NCBI GenBank assembly: GCA_038851075.1
Contig: JAWCLG010000008.1
Coordinates: 1 to 44,566 of the forward strand
Direction: 5' to 3'
DNA length: 44,566 nt
DNA from: Candidatus Hadarchaeales archaeon
GTDB lineage: Archaea > Hadarchaeota > Hadarchaeia > Hadarchaeales > Hadarchaeaceae
The notes beneath the pieces were generated by a model. It was not told the DNA's origin. It was given only the letters and a program-made list of their open reading frames with translations, and ran no database searches. Numbering within the stretch: position 1 is the first letter of the stretch; every line of letters begins with the position of its first letter. The position numbers and the translations under genes are program-made. Of this stretch, positions 35,943 through 44,566 are shown one piece after another.

Positions 35943-36385
35943 GTCTCCTTCAGAACTATCTCGGCGTTGGTCAGAGGCTTGTTATACGGCGTGGCCCTTC
36001 CGAATGCTCTTGGCAGAAATCCAGGTATGGTTATTCCCCTGTAGGCGCTCGCGTGGACCACCTTAAGCTTCTCCGGGTCTAGTCCCCTGTAGACAGCGTT
36101 CGCCTCCGCGTTCTCTAGGAGCTTCAGTATCTCCGCTGCCGCCTTTGTTGGATAGGCTCCGCTTCCAACGCCTTTTCTGTGGGGCACCTTCTTTTTGTGA
36201 AGGGTGTATCTGACAGGTTTTTTCCTCCCTACAACCGCGCTCAGATATTCCTTGGCCTCCGTCAGCTTCATTCCCTTTATGCTTCTGCAGACCTCCACAG
36301 CATCCTTGGGAGATATCCTCATCTCTCTCCCAAACGCCCGGGCGCATGGGCCGTTAATTTTGCACGAGTAACCAAACTTTGGCAT
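35939..36385 (-). CDS. rpl22: 50S ribosomal protein uL22
   Basis: RISPK, YPTKAA and PRAFGRA. Confidence 0.95.
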   Translation of the reverse strand: MPKFGYSCKINGPCARAFGREMRISPKDAVEVCRSIKGMKLTEAKEYLSAVVGRKKPVRYTLHKKKVPHRKGVGSGAYPTKAAAEILKLLENAEANAVYRGLDPEKLKVVHASAYRGITIPGFLPRAFGRATPYNKPLTNAEIVLKET

Positions 36386-36390
36386 TCAGA

Positions 36391-36786
36391 TCACTTTAGC
36401 GGGATGTACATGGAACTCCTGGTGGCGCCTATGCCTGGGGTTCCGTGCACCACCTTTTTTCTTGTCTGAGAGAATTCTCCCAGCCTGTGCCCGATCATCT
36501 CAGGAGTCACCTCGAACGTGACGAACTCCTTGCCGTTGTGCACCGAGAATTTCAGACCGACCATCTTCGGCAGTATTATCATGTCCCTGCAGTGAGTCTT
36601 TATCGGTCCCTCCCTCTTCCCTTCCACCGCCTTCAGAATTCGGTCCATGAGCTTTTTTTGTTTTAGGGTCAGCCCTCTTTTGAGCGATCGTCTCTGTTTC
36701 GATGGCAGGAGTCTGGAGAACTCGTCAATTGACATCTGCTGCAGTTCTTCCAGAGAATATCCCCTGTATGTAAACTTCTTGGGCAT
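36391..36786 (-). CDS. rps19: 30S ribosomal protein uS19
   Basis: [21 protein letters not shown] and GATRSS. Confidence 0.96.
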   Translation of the reverse strand: MPKKFTYRGYSLEELQQMSIDEFSRLLPSKQRRSLKRGLTLKQKKLMDRILKAVEGKREGPIKTHCRDMIILPKMVGLKFSVHNGKEFVTFEVTPEMIGHRLGEFSQTRKKVVHGTPGIGATRSSMYIPLK

Positions 36787-36792
36787 TCAGGT

Positions 36793-37497
36793 TCACCTCT
36801 CACCTGTCCTTCTGGCCGCGATGAGCCCCACCTTCTGGCCAGGCGGAGCCCCCCTGCTTATCGTCTTGGGCCTTCCCGCGTGTTTTCCGCGGCCGCCGCC
36901 GAATGGATGGTCAACAACGTTCATGGCCACCCCCCTCACGTGAGGATACATTTTCCCCTTTCCAAGCATATGGTGGTGTCTCTTCCCTGCTTTGACGAAA
37001 GGTCTTTCAGTTCTCCCGCCTCCCGCCACAGCACCTATGGTTGCTCTGCACCTGGGGTCAAAATTCTTGAGCTCTCCCGATGGCAACTGTACGGTAGCTC
37101 TTCCAACATCGTGTGCTATCAGAGTTGCGAATGTTCCGGAGGACCTGACAAACTGCCCTCCTCTCCCAGGTTTCGATTCTATGTTGTGAATTATAGTTCC
37201 TTCCGGTATCTCTGCCAAGGTTAGCGTATTTCCGGGCTTTATTGGACTTGACACGGATGCCATTATCTTGTCGCCCACCTTTATTCCGTCAGGTGCTAGA
37301 ATCAGCCTTTCTTGGCAATCAGCGTATCTTATTATCGCCACTGGTGCGCTTCTACCGGGGTCATGTATTATATCAACAACAACCGCCTCCCCGTCTCTCA
37401 GGGGCGGCAGCTCTATATCCCCAGATCTCCTCCAGGACTTTGCCCGGTATGTCGGTGAACCTTTTCCGAGTCTCTGAGCTCTTGTGATCTTGCCCAT
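36793..37497 (-). CDS. rpl2: 50S ribosomal protein uL2
   Basis: HDPGRSAP and RGVAMNVVDHPFGGG. Confidence 0.97.
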   Translation of the reverse strand: MGKITRAQRLGKGSPTYRAKSWRRSGDIELPPLRDGEAVVVDIIHDPGRSAPVAIIRYADCQERLILAPDGIKVGDKIMASVSSPIKPGNTLTLAEIPEGTIIHNIESKPGRGGQFVRSSGTFATLIAHDVGRATVQLPSGELKNFDPRCRATIGAVAGGGRTERPFVKAGKRHHHMLGKGKMYPHVRGVAMNVVDHPFGGGRGKHAGRPKTISRGAPPGQKVGLIAARRTGER

Positions 37498-37760
37498 TAT
37501 ATCATCCCCAGCTTCGCAGCAATTTCGTCGGCCATGTATCCCTTGGCCAGTCTGACGTACGCTCTTTTCTTGCCATCCGCCATGATCTCAACCTTCACGC
37601 TATCTACCTTGACCTCAAAAAGGGCTTCCACAGCATTTTTAACGTCTTTCCTGCTTGCGTCCTCGGCTACAATAAAGGCTATTTTATTCTCAGATTCTAT
37701 GAGCCTCACCACCTTTTCCGTGGCAAGCGGGTAAAGTATAACCTTCTGCGGGTCTTTCAA
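37497..37760 (-). CDS. rpl23: 50S ribosomal protein uL23
   Basis: YPLATEK and GKKRAYVRL. Confidence 0.94.
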   Translation of the reverse strand: MKDPQKVILYPLATEKVVRLIESENKIAFIVAEDASRKDVKNAVEALFEVKVDSVKVEIMADGKKRAYVRLAKGYMADEIAAKLGMI

Positions 37761-38539
37761 GCTTTCACATCCCCTGAGAGTTTTTCTATTGCGCCCTTTG
37801 TCCAGATTGTCAGGCGTCCTGGTCTCCCGCCCGGTGCAAGCATCTCCGTGCTCAGCCTTCGAACCCCAACAACATCTACTCCTGGAAGATTCCCTGCTCC
37901 CTTTGATATCCCGCGGTCCTGAGAAATCACTATAAGCGGACCTATTTTTGACCTGTATCTCCTGCCCCTCATTTTACCCCTGCCAGCCCTGACTTTCTTG
38001 CCCTCCTGCACCCTGGTTATATCTTTCCACGCGCCTATCTTCTCCAGCGTTTTTCTCACCTGTTCGGTCCTGTCAACGGTCTCGAGTTCATCCGTCACAA
38101 CGATGGGTAGTTGGGATATCCCTTCGATTGCGTGCCCTCTTGATGAGATAATGCGCCTCTGCGCGGTTGCCGATATGGCCGACATCATCGCGAGTTTCCT
38201 TTCCTTTTTGTTTATTTTCTCCTTCAGCACTTTCTCGGTCTTCGGCGGATGAGCCCTTCTCCCGCCGACTGTGTGGGGATTGAATGCGCCCATTCCAGAG
38301 GCAGGATATCGAGTTCCTTTGACCCGCCTTACTCTGGATACTCCGAACCCTTTGCCCCAAGTTTCGGCGCTGGTCCTTTTCCCTGCCATTTCGTCAGTTC
38401 CCCATGGCTGTATTCTGGCGCTCTGCGCGGAGAGTATGGCCCTTCTTATCAGGTCACCCCTCACCTCGGTCTCAAAAACCTGAGGCAGCTCGATTTCTTC
38501 CACCGGATTTCCGTCGAGAGAGAGAACTTTAACCTTCAT
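37757..38539 (-). CDS. rpl4: 50S ribosomal protein uL4
   Basis: TSAETWGKG, GGRRAHPP, RAGRGKMRGRRY and LAPGG. Confidence 0.96.
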   Translation of the reverse strand: MKVKVLSLDGNPVEEIELPQVFETEVRGDLIRRAILSAQSARIQPWGTDEMAGKRTSAETWGKGFGVSRVRRVKGTRYPASGMGAFNPHTVGGRRAHPPKTEKVLKEKINKKERKLAMMSAISATAQRRIISSRGHAIEGISQLPIVVTDELETVDRTEQVRKTLEKIGAWKDITRVQEGKKVRAGRGKMRGRRYRSKIGPLIVISQDRGISKGAGNLPGVDVVGVRRLSTEMLAPGGRPGRLTIWTKGAIEKLSGDVKA

Positions 38540-39550
38540 TCATATCCCCTGCGGAGAAGAAAGGTCGATGTGGGTTATGGTCGGCTGTGCTGTTGGGAAA
38601 GTTGATTTTGCCCTGATCGGCTTTCTTATCTGTATCAGCCTCTTTGTTGGTCCCGGTACGGATCCGCTCAGCACCAAGTATTCCGTTCTGACCGGACCAT
38701 ATCTGAGGAATCCTCCCTTAGGCGTTATTTCGCTGCCGTTTGACCCGATTTTCAGTATTCTCTTGTTGAACTCGGTTCTCTGGTGGTAGCCCATCTGGCC
38801 CGGAGCCGGCACCGACCACATTATGCGCGGAGGAGACCAGGGTCCGAGGGATCCAACCTGTCTCCTTCCTCCCTCGCTCTTTCTGGGGAGTATTTTTATC
38901 CCCCATCTCTTCACCGGACCCTGGAAGCCCTTCCCTTTGGTTATCGCCAGCACGTCCGCATATTCGCCCTCCTTAAATACTTCGGAGGCGCGGACCTGCT
39001 TCCCTAGCAGCTCTTTTGCATATTTCCATCTCTCATCAATCGAGCCGCCGCCGACCCTTATCTCAATAAGGTCGGGTTTCTTTCTGGAAAGAGTGGTCAG
39101 CCTAGGCCTGGTGCACGCGATGACCCTGACATCATAAATCTTGCCTGAAAGGACAGCTTTTTCAGCGTTTTCCAGTGACTTTTGATGGTCGTATCTTTTT
39201 GGGGTTTTTATTTTTCTGGAAATCTCTTCAGGAAGTTCGGTTGCCCAGAGTTCCGAGGCAGACTTTGGCCCTTTTCCTGAGGATGCGTAGAGCCTCACCG
39301 CGCATATTGTGAGCGGGGGGGTTTCGATTACGGTAACCGGGACGCATATTTCCTGTCCGGATGTCAGGCTTCCCTTTTTATCATCAATCATGAAGACTTG
39401 GAGCATACCTGCTTTGTAACCGGCGATCCCCTGAAGACCAAGCCTTCCGTCCCCTGGCCAGGACCTGACCCTTGCGACCGGTCCCGGCGCCCGCACCCTG
39501 GGCATGTATGCAAGCGAGCCCCTTCGTGGCCTGCTTTCTCGCTTTCCCAT
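38540..39550 (-). CDS. rpl3: 50S ribosomal protein uL3
   Basis: PRRGSL, GYKAGM, TKGKGFQGPVKRWG and GQMGYHQRTE. Confidence 0.97.
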   Translation of the reverse strand: MGKRESRPRRGSLAYMPRVRAPGPVARVRSWPGDGRLGLQGIAGYKAGMLQVFMIDDKKGSLTSGQEICVPVTVIETPPLTICAVRLYASSGKGPKSASELWATELPEEISRKIKTPKRYDHQKSLENAEKAVLSGKIYDVRVIACTRPRLTTLSRKKPDLIEIRVGGGSIDERWKYAKELLGKQVRASEVFKEGEYADVLAITKGKGFQGPVKRWGIKILPRKSEGGRRQVGSLGPWSPPRIMWSVPAPGQMGYHQRTEFNKRILKIGSNGSEITPKGGFLRYGPVRTEYLVLSGSVPGPTKRLIQIRKPIRAKSTFPTAQPTITHIDLSSPQGI

Positions 39551-39551
39551 C

Positions 39552-40394
39552 TCATTCACCTGTCAGCGCGTTTACTATACCAAGCGTGATTATTATAGCT
39601 TCTTCGGTCCTGACCGTCCGCGTCCCCTGTCCGGGAACCGCGTTTATCATGACGTCAAAGACCTCGGAGGCTTTTATTCCTTGCCTCCTGCATATCTCCT
39701 GCAGTCCGGCATATGGTCCTCCGAAAGCTATCGTCACGCTTTTTCTGCCTTCTTTTATACCCCTGATGCCCTCATATAAATTTCTGCCGTAGCGTGAGGT
39801 TCCGATGTTGACATCCCCATCCAGCTTTTCAAGGCCTTCCTTCAGTCCGTCCGCTGTTGTTACCTCATATCCCCAGTATTCTCCGGTTTCATCCGGTTTT
39901 ACGGGCACGACCTCTATCAAATCCCGACCTTTTGGTTTTCCGAGCCTCACAGTTACGCGCTCCCCCCGCTTTAAAACTCCAGAAAAAAAGCCTTTTTGCT
40001 GCAGTCCGATATCCAGAATACTTTTTCCGCCCGAGGTTTCAATAACCGCTCCTTCCCTGAAAGATCCCTCTGTATTTTTCTCGTCCTGTGAGGGGTGATG
40101 AGGGGTGCGGAGGGGCTGCAGCATCCCGGCGCATGCAAGTTCCTTCCTCTTGGGGAAAAGGAGCTTTCTCAAGTATTGCGGTGTTTCCATGTAACTCAGA
40201 AGAAGCTTGACAAGTTCTCTTTCCCTGACCTGGTTCCGCACATAAGGATCATCATCAAGGTATATGCACACGCGACTTACTCTGAAAATGGCTAGGGCTC
40301 GCCCGATAAGCCCTATCTTGAAAGTCATGTGTGCAAGATCTGGGGAGTCGGCGACAACAGATGCCGGGATGAGAACAGATTTCCGGAACTTCAT
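39552..40394 (-). CDS. SPOUT-family RNA methyltransferase (DUF171/COG2106)
   Basis: RALAIFRV, YMETPQYLRK, PLRTPHH, YWGY and QGTRTVRTEEA; typical position upstream of rpl3. Confidence 0.9.
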   Translation of the reverse strand: MKFRKSVLIPASVVADSPDLAHMTFKIGLIGRALAIFRVSRVCIYLDDDPYVRNQVRERELVKLLLSYMETPQYLRKLLFPKRKELACAGMLQPLRTPHHPSQDEKNTEGSFREGAVIETSGGKSILDIGLQQKGFFSGVLKRGERVTVRLGKPKGRDLIEVVPVKPDETGEYWGYEVTTADGLKEGLEKLDGDVNIGTSRYGRNLYEGIRGIKEGRKSVTIAFGGPYAGLQEICRRQGIKASEVFDVMINAVPGQGTRTVRTEEAIIITLGIVNALTGE

Positions 40395-40399
40395 GTCTA

Positions 40400-41851
40400 T
40401 TAACCCTTGGCAACGCCTATCGGTCTGAGCCTAGCCACAAGCCTTGCTATGCCCGCCCGGTGCGTGATATCGGCCACCTTGTCTATATCCTTGTAGGCGT
40501 CCGGCGCTTCCTCCGCAATCACAGAGAACTTGGCGGCCTGGACAATTATCCCCTGACCTTCAAGCTTTCTTTTGATCTCCTCTCCCCGGAACTGGTTCAG
40601 CGCGGCGGTCCTGCTGAGGTGGCGTCCTGCGCCGTGGGCGGTGGAGCCGAAGCTTTCCGCCTCTGCCTGTTTCGTTCCAGTCATGAGATAGGATGCAGTG
40701 CCCATGTCTCCCGGAAGCAGCACAGGCTGACCCACATCCCGGTAAACCTGTGGAACGTCAGGGTGTCCCGGTCCAAACGATCTGGTGGCCCCCTTCCTGT
40801 GGACCACGACCTTCTTCCTTCCGCCGTCCACCTCGTGCTCTTCGAGCTTTGCTATGTTGTGTGCGACGTCGTATATCACCTGGAGGCCGAGTGATTCCGC
40901 GTCCCTGCCGAATACCTGCTCGAAGCTCTGCCTCACCCAGTGCGAGATCATCTGCCTGTTTGCCCATGCATAGTTTGCAGCGCACTTCATCGCAGAGAAG
41001 TAGGACTGCCCCTCCGGTGAGGTGAACGGGACATTGACGAGTTCCCTGTCTGGCAGCTGTATGCGGTACTGGTGGATCGCGCGCTCCATTGTCCTCAGGT
41101 AGTCTGAGCAAACCTGATGTCCGAGTCCCCTCGAGCCCGTGTGAACCATAACTGTCACCTGCCCCTCCGCGTCAATGCCGAATTTTTTCGCGATTTCGGC
41201 GTCATATATCCTGTCAACTACTTGAACCTCAAGGAAGTGATTGCCGCTTCCGAGGCTGCCGAGCTGCGGGAATCCTCTCCTCTTTGCCTCTTGACTTACC
41301 TTTTTCGGATCAGCCCCCTTCATGCATCCTCCCTCCTCAAGCCTCTCCAGATCCTCCTTCCACCCAAAACCATTTTCAACTGCCCATTTCGCCCCGTTCT
41401 CCAGTACCTGATCGAGTTGGGCCGGTGTGAGTTTCATGTGTCCGGTGCTTCCGAGCCCGGAAGGGACGTTTCGGAAGAGGGTTTCAACGAGCTGGCGGAG
41501 CTTTGGTGTAACATCTAAAGCGTTCAGGCCGGTTCGTAACAAGCGCACTCCACAGTTGATATCGTATCCCACGCCACCCGGGCTTATCACTCCAGTGTTC
41601 GCATCTGTTGCAGCCACCCCTCCTATGGGGAACCCGTATCCTTGGTGCCCATCTGGGAGGGTTATGCTGTACTTGTAGATTCCTCGAAGGAAGGATACGT
41701 TCGCTGCCTGCTCGAGTGTCATGTCCTTGCCCATCTCGTTCAGCATCTCGGCATCGGCATAAATTCTAGCCGGTACCAGCATGCCGCTTTTGTACTCCTT
41801 GGGGATCTCCCATCGAACCTCATCGATTTGCCTCATCTTGTTTCCTATCAT
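40400..41851 (-). CDS. rtcB: RNA-splicing ligase RtcB
   Basis: PDGHQGYGFPIGG, GYDINCG, GSGNHFLE, HTGSRG, HRKGAT, HGAGR and EEAP.AYK. Confidence 0.97.
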   Translation of the reverse strand: MIGNKMRQIDEVRWEIPKEYKSGMLVPARIYADAEMLNEMGKDMTLEQAANVSFLRGIYKYSITLPDGHQGYGFPIGGVAATDANTGVISPGGVGYDINCGVRLLRTGLNALDVTPKLRQLVETLFRNVPSGLGSTGHMKLTPAQLDQVLENGAKWAVENGFGWKEDLERLEEGGCMKGADPKKVSQEAKRRGFPQLGSLGSGNHFLEVQVVDRIYDAEIAKKFGIDAEGQVTVMVHTGSRGLGHQVCSDYLRTMERAIHQYRIQLPDRELVNVPFTSPEGQSYFSAMKCAANYAWANRQMISHWVRQSFEQVFGRDAESLGLQVIYDVAHNIAKLEEHEVDGGRKKVVVHRKGATRSFGPGHPDVPQVYRDVGQPVLLPGDMGTASYLMTGTKQAEAESFGSTAHGAGRHLSRTAALNQFRGEEIKRKLEGQGIIVQAAKFSVIAEEAPDAYKDIDKVADITHRAGIARLVARLRPIGVAKG

Positions 41852-42009
41852 GGTTTTCCCACTAGAGTATAGGTACGGCGCGACGCTAATTACCTTTCGG
41901 TTTCGACGTGACAGTTTCGAAAGAATGTTGGAAAATGATGTTTTTCATCGCAGAATATTGACCGGGATAGGTTGGACGCGCATATTGCCGTGATCACCAG
42001 GTTTTGGCT

Positions 42010-42435
42010 CTAAATGTCCACCACGGCCTGAACATAAAGAGTCTCATTTTCACGTTTGATTTCCATCATGTGATATGTCATCGCCTTAACGGCGGTTCTC
42101 TGCTCGTGCTTCTCCGGGTTGAATCGCTCTCCCCATGCCCTACCTGCTAGGCTCAGCCTCTTTTTGCCCTTCGCGATGTTAACTTCAAATTTGGACATCA
42201 GCAGGTGCTCGGAGTCGTGGAGGTAGAGGAGCCTGTCGATCCAATCGTAGAAGAGGGCCCCCTCGTCCTCCGCCTCCAGCTCTATCCTCCTTTCCTCCTT
42301 TGGCTCAACCTTCGATGTGTCAGTCATTATCTCAAACAGCGCAATCCCAGCGTTTTCAAATGCCTCGGCAAGGCTCCGGCCGTACGCCCTGAAGCCTATG
42401 TCGGAGGGATGCTCAACCCACTCAAAGCGCTTCAT
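42010..42435 (-). CDS. Archease (RtcB activator)
   Basis: EHPSDIG, EAFENA, VKAMTYH and C-terminal VDI; adjacent to rtcB. Confidence 0.94.
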   Translation of the reverse strand: MKRFEWVEHPSDIGFRAYGRSLAEAFENAGIALFEIMTDTSKVEPKEERRIELEAEDEGALFYDWIDRLLYLHDSEHLLMSKFEVNIAKGKKRLSLAGRAWGERFNPEKHEQRTAVKAMTYHMMEIKRENETLYVQAVVDI

Positions 42436-42485
42436 GCTCTCAATTGAAGATGTCTGATATCGTGATTAAGACTTTGGTGCGGAGG

Positions 42486-42570
42486 CGCCGGGGGAGGGAT
42501 TTGAACCCTCGAGGCCCGAAGGGCCACACGCTCTCAAGGCGTGCGCATTACCTGGCTTTGCTACCCCGGC
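42486..42570 (-). tRNA. tRNA-Ser(TGA)
   Basis: Acceptor stem GCCGGGG/CCCCGGC-G, anticodon arm CACGC-CTTGAGA-GCGTG and long variable arm. The full CCA is not encoded. Confidence 0.95.
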
Positions 42571-42677
42571 ACCGAATACAATTTCTCCCCCGTGTAAATA
42601 TCCCTCAGCTTTACCCTCCAGAAGATTTATTTTCCATGACCATCTCCTTGATTTTGACCGTACTATCGCGTGGTTAT

Positions 42678-43208
42678 ATGTATACAAGGCTCCCCAGGGA
42701 CAGGATCGGAGTGGTTATCGGTCCAGATGGTAAGGTCAAGCGGGAGATAGAGGAGAGAACTGGAACGAAGATAAGGCTCAACAGCGAGACGGGTGAGGTT
42801 CAGATAGAGGCAGGCGAAAACCCGCTCGGCGCGATGATGGCCAGGGATGTCGTGAACGCGATAGCAAGGGGCTTCAGCTCGGAGAAGGCCTTCAGGCTTT
42901 TCAGCGAAGAGGCGCAGCTCCAGGTCGTGGACATAAGGGACTACGTCGGCGACTCCGAAAACGCCCTTGTGAGGATGAAGGGAAGGCTCATAGGCGAGGG
43001 AGGCAAGGTCAGAAAGCTGATAGAGGAGACCACCGGGGCATCGATTTCCATATACGGCAAAACGATCGCCCTCATCGGCAGCCCTGAACAGCTTTCGGTC
43101 GCCCGTGAGGCCGTTGACATGATACTCCGGGGTGCAAAGCATTCCTCGGTTTTCAGGTTTCTGGAGGAAAAGCGAAGGGAGATGAGGGAGAAGTTCAGGG
43201 GATTTTAG
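42678..43208 (+). CDS. KH-domain RNA-processing protein (Dim2/Pno1/Krr1-like)
   Basis: RIGVVIGPDG, AIARGFS, KGRLIGEGG, IYGKT and GAKHSSV. Confidence 0.92.
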   Translation: MYTRLPRDRIGVVIGPDGKVKREIEERTGTKIRLNSETGEVQIEAGENPLGAMMARDVVNAIARGFSSEKAFRLFSEEAQLQVVDIRDYVGDSENALVRMKGRLIGEGGKVRKLIEETTGASISIYGKTIALIGSPEQLSVAREAVDMILRGAKHSSVFRFLEEKRREMREKFRGF

Positions 43209-43211
43209 AGT

Positions 43212-43313
43212 TCACTCCTCCTCGGCCTCCATGTCGTCCTCATCCTGCCAGGCCTCCTCCTCATCCATCTCCTCCTGCTCCTCCTCTTCCTCCTCAATTT
43301 TCTTATTTCCCAA
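43212..43313 (-). CDS. Small acidic protein (33 aa), not in ORF track
   Basis: TTG start with GGAGGA SD; MGNKKIEEEEEEQEEMDEEEAWQDEDDMEAEEE. Alternative in-frame ATG at 43331. Confidence 0.55.
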   Translation of the reverse strand: MGNKKIEEEEEEQEEMDEEEAWQDEDDMEAEEE

Positions 43314-43370
43314 GACGATTCCTCCGCGCATGCTTCAGATTCTACACAATATAACTTCATAATAGGATGA

Positions 43371-43445
43371 TGGGGCCGCCGAGATTTGAACTCGGGTCAC
43401 CAGCACCCCAAGCTGGCAGGATGGACCAGTCTACCCCACGGCCCC
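43371..43445 (-). tRNA. tRNA-Pro(GGG)
   Basis: Acceptor stem GGGGCCG/CGGCCCC-A, anticodon arm CCAGC-TTGGGGT-GCTGG and TTCAAAT T-loop. Confidence 0.94.
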
Positions 43446-43483
43446 CGCTGAAAATCTGCAATTCAGGATAAAAACGGCTTTCT

Positions 43484-44422
43484 TCACTCCCTCACGATCT
43501 TCACTATCTCAGCGTGGGTTTCGAGCGGAGGCCTCACGGTGTTCACGAGAAAAACATCTGTTACCTTGAAAAGCTTTTCAAAAAATCTCATCCTCAGCCT
43601 GAGCTTTCTCTCGTCTCTGACGAGCTGGTGAGGGTTACAGAAGTCGTTTTTGAGGAGGTAGTCCATCGCCTCATCCGTGCTGAGCCTCCTCGATATGACA
43701 TTGTCCCCGCTCTCCCTCTTCAGCATGATGATCTTTCTGAGGGTAGTCATGGAGATGACCCCTCCTCCCCCTACCGCCCACCTCACGTTGACTATGGCCC
43801 TTCCGCTCCTGTCGAACATCGCCTTCTCCAGGATTCCCTCGTACTCCTTCCATATTCTTCCTATGTCGGCCTCCACGTAGCAGTTCTTCTCTGACCCGAA
43901 GGCCAGCGCACCCCGCTCGTGGAGGCGAACGAAGTACCAGTCATCTGTTATCAGCCTTGACTCCTTCAGCCTAAGCAGGCCCCAGGAGTGCGTGGTCTTT
44001 CCGGTCTTCGGCGGGGCTATGATAGAGACCCCCGTGCCGCCCACGTCTATCGCCGCGCCGTGAACCGAGTATATTCCGTGCTCGTCCTCGAGGACATCCC
44101 CTGCAACTGCCAGCGCGATGCTCTTGATCCACCCGTAGTAGTCAACGTTCATGAGGAAGGCCGTATTTGTGTAGGGGTCGTACTTCACCCACATCGGCTT
44201 CCCTTCCTCCCTGAGGACCACAAGCCTTCCGTGCGATCTGATGTTCTCATCAGCCGTGTAGAAGTTCTCCTCCCACAGATCCCTCACGTCCTCCAGATCC
44301 GTCAGGAGCTTTATGCAGCACCCGTATATGTTCGCCTTCTTCGTGTAAAGATAGCGATCCGAATATTCCTCAAACAGCCTTTCCTTTTCTGAAGGAGATA
44401 TGAGGTCAACCTGATAGGCCAT
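43484..44422 (-). CDS. HPr kinase/PEPCK-fold P-loop kinase-like protein
   Basis: VHGAAIDVGGTGVSIIAPPKTGKTT and LITDDW, the His / P-loop / DD signature of the HPrK-PEPCK superfamily. Alternative GTG start at 44431. Confidence 0.75.
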   Translation of the reverse strand: MAYQVDLISPSEKERLFEEYSDRYLYTKKANIYGCCIKLLTDLEDVRDLWEENFYTADENIRSHGRLVVLREEGKPMWVKYDPYTNTAFLMNVDYYGWIKSIALAVAGDVLEDEHGIYSVHGAAIDVGGTGVSIIAPPKTGKTTHSWGLLRLKESRLITDDWYFVRLHERGALAFGSEKNCYVEADIGRIWKEYEGILEKAMFDRSGRAIVNVRWAVGGGGVISMTTLRKIIMLKRESGDNVISRRLSTDEAMDYLLKNDFCNPHQLVRDERKLRLRMRFFEKLFKVTDVFLVNTVRPPLETHAEIVKIVRE

Positions 44423-44431
44423 CCTGCACAC

Positions 44432-44566
44432 CTACCTCGGCCTTTCCCTCCCCCACTTTTCCAGCGCTGCCCTCAGCTCCTTATGTTTTTCTGCGTACTC
44501 CCTGAGGCTTACTCCCGCCCTGCAAGCCTCGATTGCCTGGATCACTGCCCTCGCCCCCGCCTCTGC
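44432..44566 (-). CDS. rbcL: RuBisCO large subunit (form III-like), C-terminal fragment
   Basis: Manual translation AEAGARAVIQAIEACRAGVSLREYAEKHKELRAALEKWGRERPR* matches the archaeal form III C-terminus. Only 44 codons are visible. Confidence 0.78.
   Translation of the reverse strand, partial: AEAGARAVIQAIEACRAGVSLREYAEKHKELRAALEKWGRERPR

Noticed and set aside
40400-41851. Intein in RtcB
   Set aside because: Length (483 aa) and motif spacing are normal, with no insertion at DINCG.
41852-42009. Possible C/D-box sRNA between archease and rtcB
   Set aside because: Only an imperfect C box (ATGATGT) and no convincing CTGA D box; not supportable by eye.
23710-42570. Integrated element bounded by a tRNA-Ser duplication (attL/attR)
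   Set aside because: Both copies are full-length tRNAs with different anticodons (GGA, TGA), the enclosed DNA is core ribosomal genes, and there is no integrase.
42486-42570. Selenocysteine or suppressor tRNA
   Set aside because: Anticodon TGA reads UCA (Ser). tRNA-Sec would have anticodon TCA and a longer acceptor stem.

Overview
Archaeal chromosomal window. A Euryarchaeota-like lineage such as Hadarchaeota is plausible, but this cannot be verified here. Left end (1-8.4 kb): a type IV pilus locus with a VirB11/ArlI-family assembly ATPase (partial; about 400-aa repetitive N-terminal extension), four class III signal-peptide pilin-like genes (two carry adhesin modules, GLUG and CBM11/CIA30-like) and a MinD-type ATPase. 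Next come thyX and an unexplained minus-strand cassette (MerR/Xis-like HTH + degenerate HNH + wHTH protein, ExeA/TnsC-like AAA+ ATPase, small HTH protein). Its promoter lies inside an AT-rich array of eleven 10-bp TAAC units (7 direct, 4 inverted), the best candidate for an undescribed system. Then hypE-hypC, a PHP protein, hycI and a complete 14-gene Mbh-type (Mrp-linked group 4 [NiFe]) hydrogenase operon. From 21.3 to 40.4 kb is a contiguous S10-spc-alpha ribosomal superoperon (no adk; the DUF106/EMC3 gene has an extra secreted domain). The right end holds rtcB-archease, a KH-domain protein, two tRNAs (a third lies in the superoperon), an unlisted 33-aa acidic ORF, an HPrK/PEPCK-like P-loop kinase and the 3' end of a RuBisCO gene. 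All calls come from motif recognition by eye; no searches were run.
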